From Nitrospirota bacterium (lineage in GTDB: Bacteria; Nitrospirota; UBA9217), in the NCBI GenBank assembly GCA_035623825.1, contig DASPSR010000020.1, positions 1 through 64,000 of the forward strand: a DNA stretch of 64,000 nt, given 5' to 3'. The translations under genes and the position numbers were made by a program. Below the pieces are notes generated by a model. That model was not told the origin of the DNA. It did no database searches and saw nothing but the letters and a program-made list of their open reading frames with translations. Numbering within the stretch: position 1 is the stretch's first letter; every line of letters starts with the position of its first letter. Shown one piece after another: positions 30,512 through 40,777 of this stretch.

Positions 30512-31396
30512 CTAGTCGGACTTCGGGATAAAAATGTAATTGATCACGCCAGAGTCACAGTGTCCCGCTTTAACCCAGCGTTGAATATCCGAAGGCTGTA
30601 TCAATCTATTATGTTCGTCTGCCGTTCGTACCTCATACCCATTTTCCCAAAACATTTCGAATGTAGCTGCATAATTTGGATTGATACCGTTTGGATGAAA
30701 TTCACTTAAACATATTTCTATTAACCAGATCGGCTGCGGAATGAGTTTCATCGTTCTAATTGCTCCCATCAAAACTTGATATTCAACTCCTTCCACATCA
30801 ATTTTGATGAATATTCTTTTCCCATTCAATCGATGACCCAATAAGATATCTAAAGTTGATAATGAAATTACTCGCTTGAAACCTTTAGAGGCTCCTGCCC
30901 AATTGCCAATGAGTGAAGCCCCTGTACTTGATGGACCATAGAGCATAGCGATACCAGGATGATCGCTTAATCCTACAGGGAAAACCTCGACGTCGTGCCA
31001 TTTATTATCGATCAAATTGGCATAAAGATACTTTTGATTTATGCGCAGAGGCTCAACTGCAATTACTTGTTTTCCTAATGAACGCGCCAGGCAGGTGTAA
31101 AAACCGATATTCGCACCAACGTCAATAAAAACATCAGAGCGACTTAGGTATTGTCGAATAAGTGCGGTCTCTTCAACTTCGAAGGTACCCTTCTGCATGC
31201 TGCGATGATGGATAGAGCTGCTACCTTGTAATTTGAAGCCATAAGGAGTTTCCTCTGCTTTGCGCCCCTTGAGCAGATATGAATCACGGATATCTCGCAT
31301 ATTATTTATTGTGTCATATTTCACTTTATGGACAGTTTCGTATAATGTTACTAATGAATGGTAACGCTTTAAGTACGACTTAAACTGTTTATACAT
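30512..31396 (-). CDS. FkbM-family methyltransferase
   Basis: FIDVGANIGFY, IKIDVEGVE motifs. Confidence 0.9.
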   Translation of the reverse strand: MYKQFKSYLKRYHSLVTLYETVHKVKYDTINNMRDIRDSYLLKGRKAEETPYGFKLQGSSSIHHRSMQKGTFEVEETALIRQYLSRSDVFIDVGANIGFYTCLARSLGKQVIAVEPLRINQKYLYANLIDNKWHDVEVFPVGLSDHPGIAMLYGPSSTGASLIGNWAGASKGFKRVISLSTLDILLGHRLNGKRIFIKIDVEGVEYQVLMGAIRTMKLIPQPIWLIEICLSEFHPNGINPNYAATFEMFWENGYEVRTADEHNRLIQPSDIQRWVKAGHCDSGVINYIFIPKSD

Positions 31397-32900
31397 GTAT
31401 AATCCTCGTTTTTAATTGCAAAACCAGCCATGTCCTGATATGCGGAGCAGCCATTACCGCCATCAACAGTGCAGCGAAAAGCACTATGAAAATGCTCGCA
31501 ATCGATGTCAAAGACGTCATCGGACCTGCAATTAACCAGCGTCCTAATCCAACAGCCAAGAGCGCTGCCCCAAGAGGTGGGATGACATCTTCAGCAAACC
31601 ATGGCAGCATTTCACTTCGCAAGAGGCGACGATGCGTTAAAGGTACGCCAATTAGCATATACAGGCCATTAAGCACGATCCAAACCGAGGCAGCTCCTAC
31701 CGCACCATAGTGAGTGGACATGTAATAAATGGCCGGCACAAGCATAATTATGAGAAATGTATTAATGCGTAATCCGATGCTGGTCCAACCATGAGATAGC
31801 TGAAGCGCGTAAGGCAATGTCATTAGGGCATTTAACGCCATGCCGATGACAAGTATGCTGACTATTGGCGAAGCAGTTTCTGCCGTTTTTGGGGAGCCCG
31901 TCCATAATAGCAGAATGTCGTGAGAAAAGAATGAAAGTACCGCAGCCACAGGTAAAACAAGAACTGCCATAAGTTGAGTACCTTGGTGATAAAGAAGTGT
32001 AAGAGCAGCATCATCTTTCAACGCAACCAGTGATGAGAATCTGGGGAAAAGCCCAATGAAGACCGGACCGGCCAGCATAGTGGGTATTGCATTGCTGACA
32101 GCTCCTGCCAGTGCGTAATAACCAAACATCTCCAAGCTTAGAATTTTACTCAGAATCAGCTTGTCCGCCTGCGTTAGGATGATTGCAGAAAGGGCGATAC
32201 CGCTCATTCCCGCTGCAAAACGCCATATCGAATGTAACATTCCGAAATTGAACCGTGCAACGCGTTCGGCATGTGGCAGGCTTCGCCGGAGCAAGATTGT
32301 AATGACTGACACAAAAATAGCACTAACTATTATTTGCCATTTGAAAAAAGCGGTAATGGTCGGTGAGACCAACCACAGTATAAGGATTGAACCGCAACTG
32401 CCGATGGTAGATATACCGATTTTGACCACATTGAACAGGATCTGTCGCTGCAATCCTAGCAATCCGCCACCATATAAACTTATCGGCCATTGAAGGGCAA
32501 CTACGAGCCCCATGATGGCGACGGACTGCTGAACAGTTGAACTGGGGAGGGAACCAGCCTTAATCCAATGCTTGGCAATGAAAGGCGAAGCGACCGCGAC
32601 AACTATACCGATAGTCATACCGATTATCCAGTATCCTATCTCTAGTGTTCGCACTAAATCTCGTGCTTCGGCAGCCTTCTCCGGAAACACTGCATATCGT
32701 GCCATTTCGCGGTTCATGGTCTGGCTTATACCAAGATCGAGAACCTGGAGCATTGCCTGCATCATTGCGAAAAATCCGATAAGTCCGTATGCCTCTATTC
32801 CCAGAAACTTGATGTACAGCGGGATGAAGATGAAGGACATCAGGGCTGCCCAGCCCTGGCCCAGAAAATTAGCTACGATGTTCCGCTTGAGTAGAGTCAC
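31389..32900 (-). CDS. wzx: Polysaccharide flippase (Wzx)
   Basis: Many hydrophobic segments; LGIEAYGLIGF, DLGIS, DKLILSK motifs. Confidence 0.88.
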   Translation of the reverse strand: MTLLKRNIVANFLGQGWAALMSFIFIPLYIKFLGIEAYGLIGFFAMMQAMLQVLDLGISQTMNREMARYAVFPEKAAEARDLVRTLEIGYWIIGMTIGIVVAVASPFIAKHWIKAGSLPSSTVQQSVAIMGLVVALQWPISLYGGGLLGLQRQILFNVVKIGISTIGSCGSILILWLVSPTITAFFKWQIIVSAIFVSVITILLRRSLPHAERVARFNFGMLHSIWRFAAGMSGIALSAIILTQADKLILSKILSLEMFGYYALAGAVSNAIPTMLAGPVFIGLFPRFSSLVALKDDAALTLLYHQGTQLMAVLVLPVAAVLSFFSHDILLLWTGSPKTAETASPIVSILVIGMALNALMTLPYALQLSHGWTSIGLRINTFLIIMLVPAIYYMSTHYGAVGAASVWIVLNGLYMLIGVPLTHRRLLRSEMLPWFAEDVIPPLGAALLAVGLGRWLIAGPMTSLTSIASIFIVLFAALLMAVMAAPHIRTWLVLQLKTRIIHV

Positions 32901-32901
32901 T

Positions 32902-33837
32902 CTATTTCATCCCTTTATAATAGGCATAAGTCTTTCTTATGCCGTCCTCTAGGCTGGTCTTTGGTTCCCATCCTAAGGCACGGATTTTTGAAATGTCGAG
33001 AAGCTTTCTTGGCGTTCCATCCGGCTTTGCGTAATCGTGCTGTATTTTACCTATATACCCTGTTATTTCTTTGACTAGCTGGGCAAGATCTGCAATAGAG
33101 ACATCGGCACCTGATCCGATATTGACAAACTCCCCTATATCGCTGTAATTGTATTTGTTTATAAGAAACACGCAGGCATCTGCAAGGTCATCCACATACA
33201 GGAATTCCCGCATTGGCTCACCGGTGCCCCACAGAACAACGGAATCGCTCTTTGTGACTTTTGCTTCATGAAATTTGCGAATCAAGGCAGGAAGGGCGTG
33301 AGATGTTTCAAGATCGAAGTTGTCATACGGGCCGTACAGATTCGTTGGCATGACTGAGATAAAGTTCGTACCATATCGTTCATTGTAATAGCGGCAAAGC
33401 TTGATTGCGGCAATTTTGGCGATAGCGTAGGGCTCGTTCGTGGGCTCCAGAGCACCAGTCAGCAGATATTCCTCTTTCAAAGGCTGGGAAGCGAATTTGG
33501 GATAGATGCAGGAAGATCCGAGGTTCAAGAGTTTTTTGACGTCGTTGCGATGTGCCGCGTGGATCACGTTGGCTGCGATCATGATGTTGTCGTATATAAA
33601 TTCCGCCTTATACGTGCTGTTGGCCAGGATACCGCCTACCCGTGCGGCTGCGAGAAAAACGTATTCAGGCCTTTCCTGCTCAAAGAACGAGTCGACATCA
33701 GCCTGCCTGCGAAGGTCTAACTCCTTACTCGTCCGGAATATGATGTTCGTGTAGCCATCGGACTGAAGCTTCCGGAGAATTGCCGATCCTACGAGGCCAC
33801 GGTGTCCAGCGATATAGATTTTGGAATCCCGATTCAT
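32902..33837 (-). CDS. fcl: GDP-L-fucose synthase
   Basis: [36 protein letters not shown] motifs. Confidence 0.96.
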   Translation of the reverse strand: MNRDSKIYIAGHRGLVGSAILRKLQSDGYTNIIFRTSKELDLRRQADVDSFFEQERPEYVFLAAARVGGILANSTYKAEFIYDNIMIAANVIHAAHRNDVKKLLNLGSSCIYPKFASQPLKEEYLLTGALEPTNEPYAIAKIAAIKLCRYYNERYGTNFISVMPTNLYGPYDNFDLETSHALPALIRKFHEAKVTKSDSVVLWGTGEPMREFLYVDDLADACVFLINKYNYSDIGEFVNIGSGADVSIADLAQLVKEITGYIGKIQHDYAKPDGTPRKLLDISKIRALGWEPKTSLEDGIRKTYAYYKGMK

Positions 33838-33851
33838 AATCTCATCCGCGC

Positions 33852-34916
33852 TTACAGGCCGTTCCGCCTGCAGAGTTTCTCCCGTTCTGCCTCTTTGAGG
33901 TCTGCTACGACCATGGTCTTAACTAGTTCAGAGAACGTCATCTTCGACTGCCAACCGAGCTTTTCCCTTGCTTTTGCCGCGTTGCCGATCAGGATGTCTA
34001 CCTCGGTAGGCCGGAAATAGGCCGGGTCAACTTCAACAACAACTTCGCCGGTCTGGCTGTTCTTACCTTGCTCATCTTTCCCGCTACCAGTCCATTCCAG
34101 TTTAATGCCGACTTCCTTGAATGCCGCATCGACAAATTCCCGGACCGAGTGGGTCTCTCCCGTCGCAATGACAAAATCATCAGGCTCCGGCTGCTGAAGC
34201 ATAAGCCACATCGCATCGACGTAGTCCTTCGCATGCCCCCAGTCCCGTTTCGCGCTGAGGTTGCCGAGATAGAGCTTTTTTTGCATCCCAAGCTTGATCC
34301 TTGCCGCTGCCATGGTGATCTTCCGGGTGACGAATGTCTCCCCCCGCACCGGAGATTCGTGGTTGAAGAGAATGCCGTTGCAGGCGAACATATGGTATGC
34401 CTCGCGGTAGTTGACGGTGATCCAGTACGAGTACAGTTTGGCGACAGCATAGGGGCTCCGGGGGTAGAAGGGGGTCCTTTCGGTCTGAGGGATTTCCTGC
34501 ACCAGTCCGTAGAGTTCGCTCGTTGATGCTTGATAAAAACGGGTCCTGTCCGACATACCGAGCAGCCGTATCGCCTCGAGGATGCGCAGCGTTCCAAGGG
34601 CATCGGCATTTGCCGTATATTCCGGTGTCTCAAAAGACACCTTGACGTGGCTCTGTGCGGCCAGGTTGTAGATCTCGTCGGGCTTTGTCTCCTGTATGAT
34701 TCTGATGATATTCGTTGAGTCCGTCAAGTCACCGTAATGCATGAAGAATTTAACATCCATCTCATGGGGGTCTTTGTAGAGGTGGTCTACTCTTGCCGTA
34801 TTATATGATGACGAGCGTCGCTTGATGCCGTGAACGATGTACCCTTTGCTTAAGAGGTATTCGGCCAGATAGGCCCCGTCCTGACCCGTAATGCCAGTAA
34901 TAAGTGCTGTTTTCAT
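33852..34916 (-). CDS. gmd: GDP-mannose 4,6-dehydratase
   Basis: [39 protein letters not shown] motifs. Confidence 0.97.
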   Translation of the reverse strand: MKTALITGITGQDGAYLAEYLLSKGYIVHGIKRRSSSYNTARVDHLYKDPHEMDVKFFMHYGDLTDSTNIIRIIQETKPDEIYNLAAQSHVKVSFETPEYTANADALGTLRILEAIRLLGMSDRTRFYQASTSELYGLVQEIPQTERTPFYPRSPYAVAKLYSYWITVNYREAYHMFACNGILFNHESPVRGETFVTRKITMAAARIKLGMQKKLYLGNLSAKRDWGHAKDYVDAMWLMLQQPEPDDFVIATGETHSVREFVDAAFKEVGIKLEWTGSGKDEQGKNSQTGEVVVEVDPAYFRPTEVDILIGNAAKAREKLGWQSKMTFSELVKTMVVADLKEAEREKLCRRNGL

Positions 34917-35102
34917 TTGTGTCCCTTTCTAAAGAATTCACCCCATCCGTAAAGGCCGCTGCCATTAATATCACGAACGGTCTTCAACATAGCAGTCGGT
35001 ATATGCAGCATAAATATCGGATTGAACATCTTATGGTGTCCTGTGGTCCAATTGCCTACGTAATCATAAATGTCCAGTACAATAGAGATAAAATACCTCT
35101 CA

Positions 35103-35702
35103 TCACACAAAGAGCCTTTTTATCGAATCCTTCTTAATTCCAGTCATAAGAAGGTGCTTGTAGATTTCTTCTCCATGGAGATACGAAGTGACCACGATGC
35201 AGTCGTGTTGCATGGTTTGAATATCGCGTATCGGCTGTACTTTTTTGCCAAAGAATTTATTCCCCGTCCGTTCTTCATCCACGACGCCGACAAGGTCCAT
35301 ACCCGATTCCTGTAATGTGATGTACGCTATTTCAGCGACCTCATCGGCACCCGCAAACACGACCTTTTTCATGCCTTCCTTTTCCATATTTTGGAAGAGT
35401 TTTTTCACGGAGCTTCTCGCTTCGCGATAAATCCGCGTGTAGTCCTGCAACAGATGGTAGGTCAGGCGGGTCTTTTCGGTAAAACCCTTGGGGGTAAGAT
35501 AATAAGTATACCGTTTTGGGGGTATCGCCCGAACCGTGATATAGCCTTTTTTAACCAGGTTTTTGATGTAGGTGTTCACGAGGCCAAGGGCAATGCCGAG
35601 ACGGCTGCTCAGGTCCCGCTGGGTCAGGGAGTCGTTATTGGAAAGCTCGTCTAGGATCTGCAAAGACCGGTGATCGACGTCCGATGGGCGATTGTTGTTC
35701 AT
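35103..35702 (-). CDS. Polysaccharide-cluster-associated MarR-type winged-helix regulator with a C-terminal Rossmann-like domain
   Basis: TQRDLSSRLGIALGLVN, YYLTPKG, then VVFAGADEVAEIAY. Confidence 0.88.
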   Translation of the reverse strand: MNNNRPSDVDHRSLQILDELSNNDSLTQRDLSSRLGIALGLVNTYIKNLVKKGYITVRAIPPKRYTYYLTPKGFTEKTRLTYHLLQDYTRIYREARSSVKKLFQNMEKEGMKKVVFAGADEVAEIAYITLQESGMDLVGVVDEERTGNKFFGKKVQPIRDIQTMQHDCIVVTSYLHGEEIYKHLLMTGIKKDSIKRLFV

Positions 35703-35743
35703 ATTATGAACACAAAAATACCATGAATATTTGCATAAGTCAA
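35696..35743 (-). promoter_or_regulatory. Sigma-70 promoter plus palindromic operator over the regulator start codon
   Basis: TTGACT(35743-35738)-17 bp-TATTTT(35720-35715); perfect inverted repeat TGTTCAT-ATT-ATGAACA at 35696-35712. Confidence 0.7.
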
Positions 35744-35812
35744 GGCTTAGTTCTGCATTTTGTTTATTTTTACGAATATTATATGAATCGGTTTCTTAGG
35801 AAGGGTTGCTGT

Positions 35813-36688
35813 TTACTTCTTGATCTTTGTGCCGTATTTTTCTTTGAGATAACTCTCCAAGGAATCTCGCCAGGGCGGCAAAATGATCCCGAGTTCCCGG
35901 GCCTTCGTGTTTACAAGGGCCGAATAGAGCGGCCGCCTCATGGTGCCGCTCCTCCCGCCACGGTCAAGTGGCTTCACATAGACCGTAAAACCCATTATCT
36001 CATAGATCGCCTTGGTGAATTCGTACCAGCTGCATCTCCCCTCATTCACGAGATGGTAGATCCCGGGAGTCCGCTTTGGATGATCGATGAGCTGAAGTAT
36101 AGCTTTGCTCAGATCGTGCGTGTACGTAGGTGAGACGACCTGGTCGCTTCCCATTTCCAGAGACGTACGGCTTTTAGCATCCTGAACGCGCTTATCGACG
36201 AAGTTCCCACCCCTGGCCTGCGGGCCAGAAAGGCCGTATAAACCGCATGTTCTGATCACTATGGCGTGTTCGTGGGCCACGGACATGGCGGCATATTCAC
36301 CAGCAGCTCGGGTGATCCCGTAGATCTGCAGTGGAGCAGGCTTGTCGTCCTCCTGGTAAAGCGATTTCTTTTCACCGTCAAACACGTAATCGGTGCTGAA
36401 CGTGACAAAAAGGGCCTTAATGCGGTTGCAGGCTCTGGCCAGATCGCGTACTGCTACGCAGTTCTCACGGAAGGCAAGTTCAGGGTTGGTCTCACAGAGC
36501 GGTACATTGTGAAAGGCGACGGTATTGATGACCACGTCTGGACGGGCCTCATCTACGACAGAATCAATTGTCTCCCGAGAGCAGATATCGAGGACTTTCT
36601 GGTCGGGAGCGTAGATATCGTGATGAACATTATTACGCCAGATGTCGCTGCCGAGCTGTCCGGCCTTGCCGATGAGAAGAATTTTCAC
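35813..36688 (-). CDS. rfbD: dTDP-4-dehydrorhamnose reductase family protein
   Basis: GKAGQLG, STDYVFDG, IRTCGLYG, DQVVSPTY motifs; the catalytic motif reads YGITR rather than YxxxK. Confidence 0.85.
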   Translation of the reverse strand: MKILLIGKAGQLGSDIWRNNVHHDIYAPDQKVLDICSRETIDSVVDEARPDVVINTVAFHNVPLCETNPELAFRENCVAVRDLARACNRIKALFVTFSTDYVFDGEKKSLYQEDDKPAPLQIYGITRAAGEYAAMSVAHEHAIVIRTCGLYGLSGPQARGGNFVDKRVQDAKSRTSLEMGSDQVVSPTYTHDLSKAILQLIDHPKRTPGIYHLVNEGRCSWYEFTKAIYEIMGFTVYVKPLDRGGRSGTMRRPLYSALVNTKARELGIILPPWRDSLESYLKEKYGTKIKK

Positions 36689-36799
36689 ACCAACTCCGTA
36701 AATAGTCCAGTAGTGATCGTAACGGTGAGGATGTGATTAATACCGCTGAAGGTATCTGTGATTTGAATCATGAATGGAGTGCTAAATACAAAGAACAAA

Positions 36800-38761
36800 C
36801 TAATATTTTGTATGGACAGCATCCTCATTATTTTCTTTAACAGACGTTTTCTTAACTTCGTCGCTGCAATCGCTCCGTTTCATCATGAAACTTCCCGATC
36901 CCCCTTTTTCAGGCTGGAACTCTGGAACGATTTCCCGGATTTTTTCAATCGTCGTTTTAGAGGATCCATGCTGGAGCGATTCGATCAAACGCTCTATTTT
37001 TTCAAGCAATGCCTTCCAGTCAGTATTTACCGCACCGGCTACCTTGATTTTTTCGTGCAGCGTGGAGGTTATTTCTTCTCCGTCGGTCAAGAGTTCCTCG
37101 TACAGTTTTTCGCCAGGGCGTAGCCCAGTATATATGATCTTTATATCCTTTTCCGGCTCGAGACCGGAGAGCGCGATCATGTCCTGGGCCAGGTCTACGA
37201 TCTTGACCGGCTCTCCCATGTCCAGAATAAATATTTCTCCGCCCTTCCCCATTGCCCCTGCCTGCATGATCAGCTGTACAGACTCGGGGATGGTCATAAA
37301 ATAGCGGTATATCTCGGGATGCGTCACGGTTACCGGGCCGCCTTTGGCTATCTGCTGTTTAAATAGCGGTATCACGCTCCCTACGCTGTTCAATACGTTT
37401 CCGAATCTCACAGTCACGAATTTCGTCTTGCTGTCCCTGCCGAAACCCTGACAGATCAGTTCCGCCATCCGCTTGCTCGCACCCATGATGTTCGTTGGCC
37501 TGACCGCCTTGTCCGTAGATACCATGACGAATTTCTTTACCCCGTAAACATGTGACAGATGCGCAACGACCCACGTTCCATGCACATTGTTCCTCATCGC
37601 CTCTTCCACATTCAACTCCATGAGTGGAACGTGCTTGTATGCGGCAGCATGGAAGACTACTTCGGGCTTGAACTGTTTCAGTGTCCTTTCAGCTCGATTT
37701 TGATTTACGACATCTCCGATTACCGCATGAACCTCCAGATCGGGGAATGATTCCAAGAGCTGCATGTTGATCTGGTATAGATTGAATTCAGATCGCTCGT
37801 ATAACACAAGCCGCCTGGGCCAATACTGGGCGACCTGGCGACAGAGCTCGGATCCTATGGACCCCCCGGCTCCGGTGATCAATACGGTCTTATCCCGTAA
37901 GTATTCTCTGATTGAACCACTGTCGAGCTTGACAGGTTCCCTGCCCAGAAGGTCTTCAATTTGAAACTCCCGCAGGGCGTTCACAGTAACTGTCCCGTTA
38001 AGGAGCTGCCCTACGGCCGGAAGTGTTTTGAAAGTTACCCCGGCACTTTTGCAAACACGCATGATCCTGCGTTTTGCACTGGATGAAGCGGATGGGATCG
38101 CAAGAAAAATTTCTTCAATGGCATACTCGTTTACAATTCGCGGGATATCGCGGGTATGCCCGAGTACGCGGCAACCGTGAATAGTCGAATTACGTTTTGC
38201 CCGATTGTCATCAACCAAACCAACGGGAATAAAACCAAGATCGGAATTGTTTAACATTTCCCGAAGAATGAGGTCTCCCGCTTTGCCGGCCCCTACAATG
38301 AGCACACGTTTGCCGGCTCCGTTCCTGTGTTGTACACCGAACAGACTCTTAAATGCTCCTTCGCGATACAAGCGATAGGCAAAACGACTGCCGCCAACTA
38401 AAATTATGACGACGAACCAATCGATGACGAATACGGAACGGGGAAAATTCTCCAGTCTTGAGATCAAGAACAGAAGACCCACGGAAAGTCCGGAACTGAG
38501 GGTAACGGCTTGGAATAAGGAGATAAGATCCCGCAGCCCTACAAAACGCCACATTCCCCGATAAAGCCCCATAATCGCAAAAAGCGTTAAGCGGATCCCG
38601 AGAATCAGTGGCAAAGAGTGAAGTATCTGTGGGACATACTCACTCAGATTCAGTGTGTTAAAGCGAAGTGCGTAGGCGGCGAAGAAAGATAATGAGATGA
38701 GGAACGCATCATTTAGCAAAACCAACAGTCGCTTCAAAGGAGTTTCTGGCATGAAAGGCAT
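36800..38761 (-). CDS. Membrane-bound UDP-GlcNAc 4,6-dehydratase (PglF/WbpM/CapD type)
   Basis: N-terminal TM helices; TGAGGSIGSE, HAAAYKHVP, STDKAV, RFGNVL, RPGEKLYEEL motifs. Confidence 0.94.
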   Translation of the reverse strand: MPFMPETPLKRLLVLLNDAFLISLSFFAAYALRFNTLNLSEYVPQILHSLPLILGIRLTLFAIMGLYRGMWRFVGLRDLISLFQAVTLSSGLSVGLLFLISRLENFPRSVFVIDWFVVIILVGGSRFAYRLYREGAFKSLFGVQHRNGAGKRVLIVGAGKAGDLILREMLNNSDLGFIPVGLVDDNRAKRNSTIHGCRVLGHTRDIPRIVNEYAIEEIFLAIPSASSSAKRRIMRVCKSAGVTFKTLPAVGQLLNGTVTVNALREFQIEDLLGREPVKLDSGSIREYLRDKTVLITGAGGSIGSELCRQVAQYWPRRLVLYERSEFNLYQINMQLLESFPDLEVHAVIGDVVNQNRAERTLKQFKPEVVFHAAAYKHVPLMELNVEEAMRNNVHGTWVVAHLSHVYGVKKFVMVSTDKAVRPTNIMGASKRMAELICQGFGRDSKTKFVTVRFGNVLNSVGSVIPLFKQQIAKGGPVTVTHPEIYRYFMTIPESVQLIMQAGAMGKGGEIFILDMGEPVKIVDLAQDMIALSGLEPEKDIKIIYTGLRPGEKLYEELLTDGEEITSTLHEKIKVAGAVNTDWKALLEKIERLIESLQHGSSKTTIEKIREIVPEFQPEKGGSGSFMMKRSDCSDEVKKTSVKENNEDAVHTKY

Positions 38762-38849
38762 GGACGAAAAACCCCCAAAACAAACTCTAAATCCATTCTG
38801 TATTTACGTTAGAAAAGAGAAAAAAAGCTCAGGATGGCATGATTAGCTT

Positions 38850-38877
38850 ATTATATCAGAAACTTCACTTTTGTCGA
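38850..38877 (-). promoter_or_regulatory. Sigma-70 promoter of the dehydratase gene
   Basis: TCGACA-16 bp-TATAAT with extended TG. Confidence 0.55.
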
Positions 38878-38913
38878 AGAAAATCTCACCCTGATGAAAA
38901 AAGGCCGTGTTTG

Positions 38914-39501
38914 TTATAGCAGTTTTTTGAGGGTCAAAATGATCAACTTCATATCTGTCCTAAAGCACTTTTCTTTAAGATACTTTTTGTAAAGTTCTAT
39001 CTTCCGTGGAAGGACTTCCTTGATGTACCCTTCTTCCGGACGGTCGTACTTTTTCAATACCTCTTCCTCATTGCTGAACTCAACGGCCGCAAAATCTGTT
39101 ATTCCCGGCTTTACCTGGAGAACGGCCTTGTAGGCGTCCTTGAACATCTCCACATAGCGGGGAACTTCCGGCCTGGGGCCCACCATGCTCATATCACCGA
39201 AAAATACATTAAGGAGCTGCGGAAATTCATCAAGCTTATAGCTCCGCAGGAATCTCCCAGACTTCGTTATTCGCGGATCATCGCCTACCGTAATCTGATG
39301 CCCAGCATATTCAGCATCAGCAACCATGGTTCTGAACTTAAAGATCCGGAAAGTTTTTCCATCCTTCCCAACCCTTACTTGGCGGAAAAGGATCGGTCCG
39401 GGAGTATCAAGTTTAACCCAGAGAGCCACTATACAAAAGAACGGGGACAACAAAATTAAACCGATTGCCGAAAAAACTATATCAACTAACCGTTTCATCA
39501 T
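38914..39501 (-). CDS. Initiating phosphoglycosyltransferase (PglC-like sugar transferase)
   Basis: KRLVDI, KFRTM, KLDEFPQL, GDMSMVGPRP motifs. Confidence 0.93.
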   Translation of the reverse strand: MMKRLVDIVFSAIGLILLSPFFCIVALWVKLDTPGPILFRQVRVGKDGKTFRIFKFRTMVADAEYAGHQITVGDDPRITKSGRFLRSYKLDEFPQLLNVFFGDMSMVGPRPEVPRYVEMFKDAYKAVLQVKPGITDFAAVEFSNEEEVLKKYDRPEEGYIKEVLPRKIELYKKYLKEKCFRTDMKLIILTLKKLL

Positions 39502-39544
39502 AGTGTTTCTTGTCTAGCGACACACGAAACTGGACTCAGATAAC

Positions 39545-40702
39545 TTATCCTAAGATTTCCTTTATTGCGGCAACAACCCTCGCCTGGTCTTCATTCGTCA
39601 TTTTGGTATATATAGGCAAGCTCACAGATCTTTCGTAAGTATGAAAGGAGTCAGGATAATCATCCGGCTTGAGTTGATATCTATCTCTCCAATAAGGATG
39701 AAGATGCAGCGGTATAAAATGTACACTGCAACCAATCCCCTTTTCGTTCATTAACTCGATAAATCGGTCTCTGTCTACCGGAACATCATCCGTGAGACGA
39801 ATAACGTACAAATGCCATGCATGCACATCGCCCGCAGGTGCTTTGGGAGGCAGGGTGACAGGCAAGTCCTTTAACGACTCATCGTAGTAAGCTGCTATAT
39901 CTGCGCGCCGCTTTTGGAACGTCCAGGCCTTTTTCAACTGATGAATGCCCAGGGATGCGGCGATGTCTGTCATATTGTACTTAAACCCCGGCGCGATCAC
40001 CTCGTAGTGCCATGAAGGTTTTGACGATGTATAGCGGTCGAAAGCGTCACGGCTGATCCCGTGAAGCCGCATTACGCGGCACCGATTTGCCATTTCCGGA
40101 TTTCGGGTAACCACCATGCCGCCTTCGCCGGTCGTTATCGTTTTGGTGGCGTAAAAACTGTATACGGTAAGGTCGCTATCGAGTGTACCAATTAACTTCT
40201 TCTTGTGTGTCGTCGGCAGGGCATGAGCGGCATCTTCTATTACTTTTAGCCTTCTGCCCTTTGCAATTTGCAAAATAGCATCCATATCGCAAGCCAATCC
40301 AGCGAAATGAACAGGCAGAATTGCTTTCGTTTTAAGAGTGATTGCCTTTTCGATCTTGGCTGCATCGATATTGAATGTTTCGGGATCCACATCGACGAAG
40401 ACCGGATCAGCACCGAGGTAGCGGACCACTTCAGCCGTCGCAGTAAAAGTATAAGGAGTGGTAATGACTTCGTCTCCAGGACCGACTCCTGCAGCCTCCA
40501 GCGCTACGTGGAGGCCTGCCGTCGCCGAGTTTACCGCAATTGCTTCCACTCCTTTGCCAATGAAAGCGGCAAAGTCCTGCTCGAACCTTTTGGCTTTATG
40601 ACCTGTTGTAAGCCAGCCTGAGCGAAGAGCATCGAGAACCTCCTGTATCTCCTCTTCGCCGATATCGGGCAATGCAAATGGCAAAAATTTATATTTATCC
40701 AT
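39545..40702 (-). CDS. DegT/DnrJ/EryC1/StrS sugar aminotransferase
   Basis: [28 protein letters not shown] motifs. Confidence 0.94.
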   Translation of the reverse strand: MDKYKFLPFALPDIGEEEIQEVLDALRSGWLTTGHKAKRFEQDFAAFIGKGVEAIAVNSATAGLHVALEAAGVGPGDEVITTPYTFTATAEVVRYLGADPVFVDVDPETFNIDAAKIEKAITLKTKAILPVHFAGLACDMDAILQIAKGRRLKVIEDAAHALPTTHKKKLIGTLDSDLTVYSFYATKTITTGEGGMVVTRNPEMANRCRVMRLHGISRDAFDRYTSSKPSWHYEVIAPGFKYNMTDIAASLGIHQLKKAWTFQKRRADIAAYYDESLKDLPVTLPPKAPAGDVHAWHLYVIRLTDDVPVDRDRFIELMNEKGIGCSVHFIPLHLHPYWRDRYQLKPDDYPDSFHTYERSVSLPIYTKMTNEDQARVVAAIKEILG

Positions 40703-40777
40703 AACCTGGGTTTTTCGCCAACCGGCGATATCTTTCACAGTATATGTTGTCTTGTTCGTAAAGCTTTGCCACTCTGT

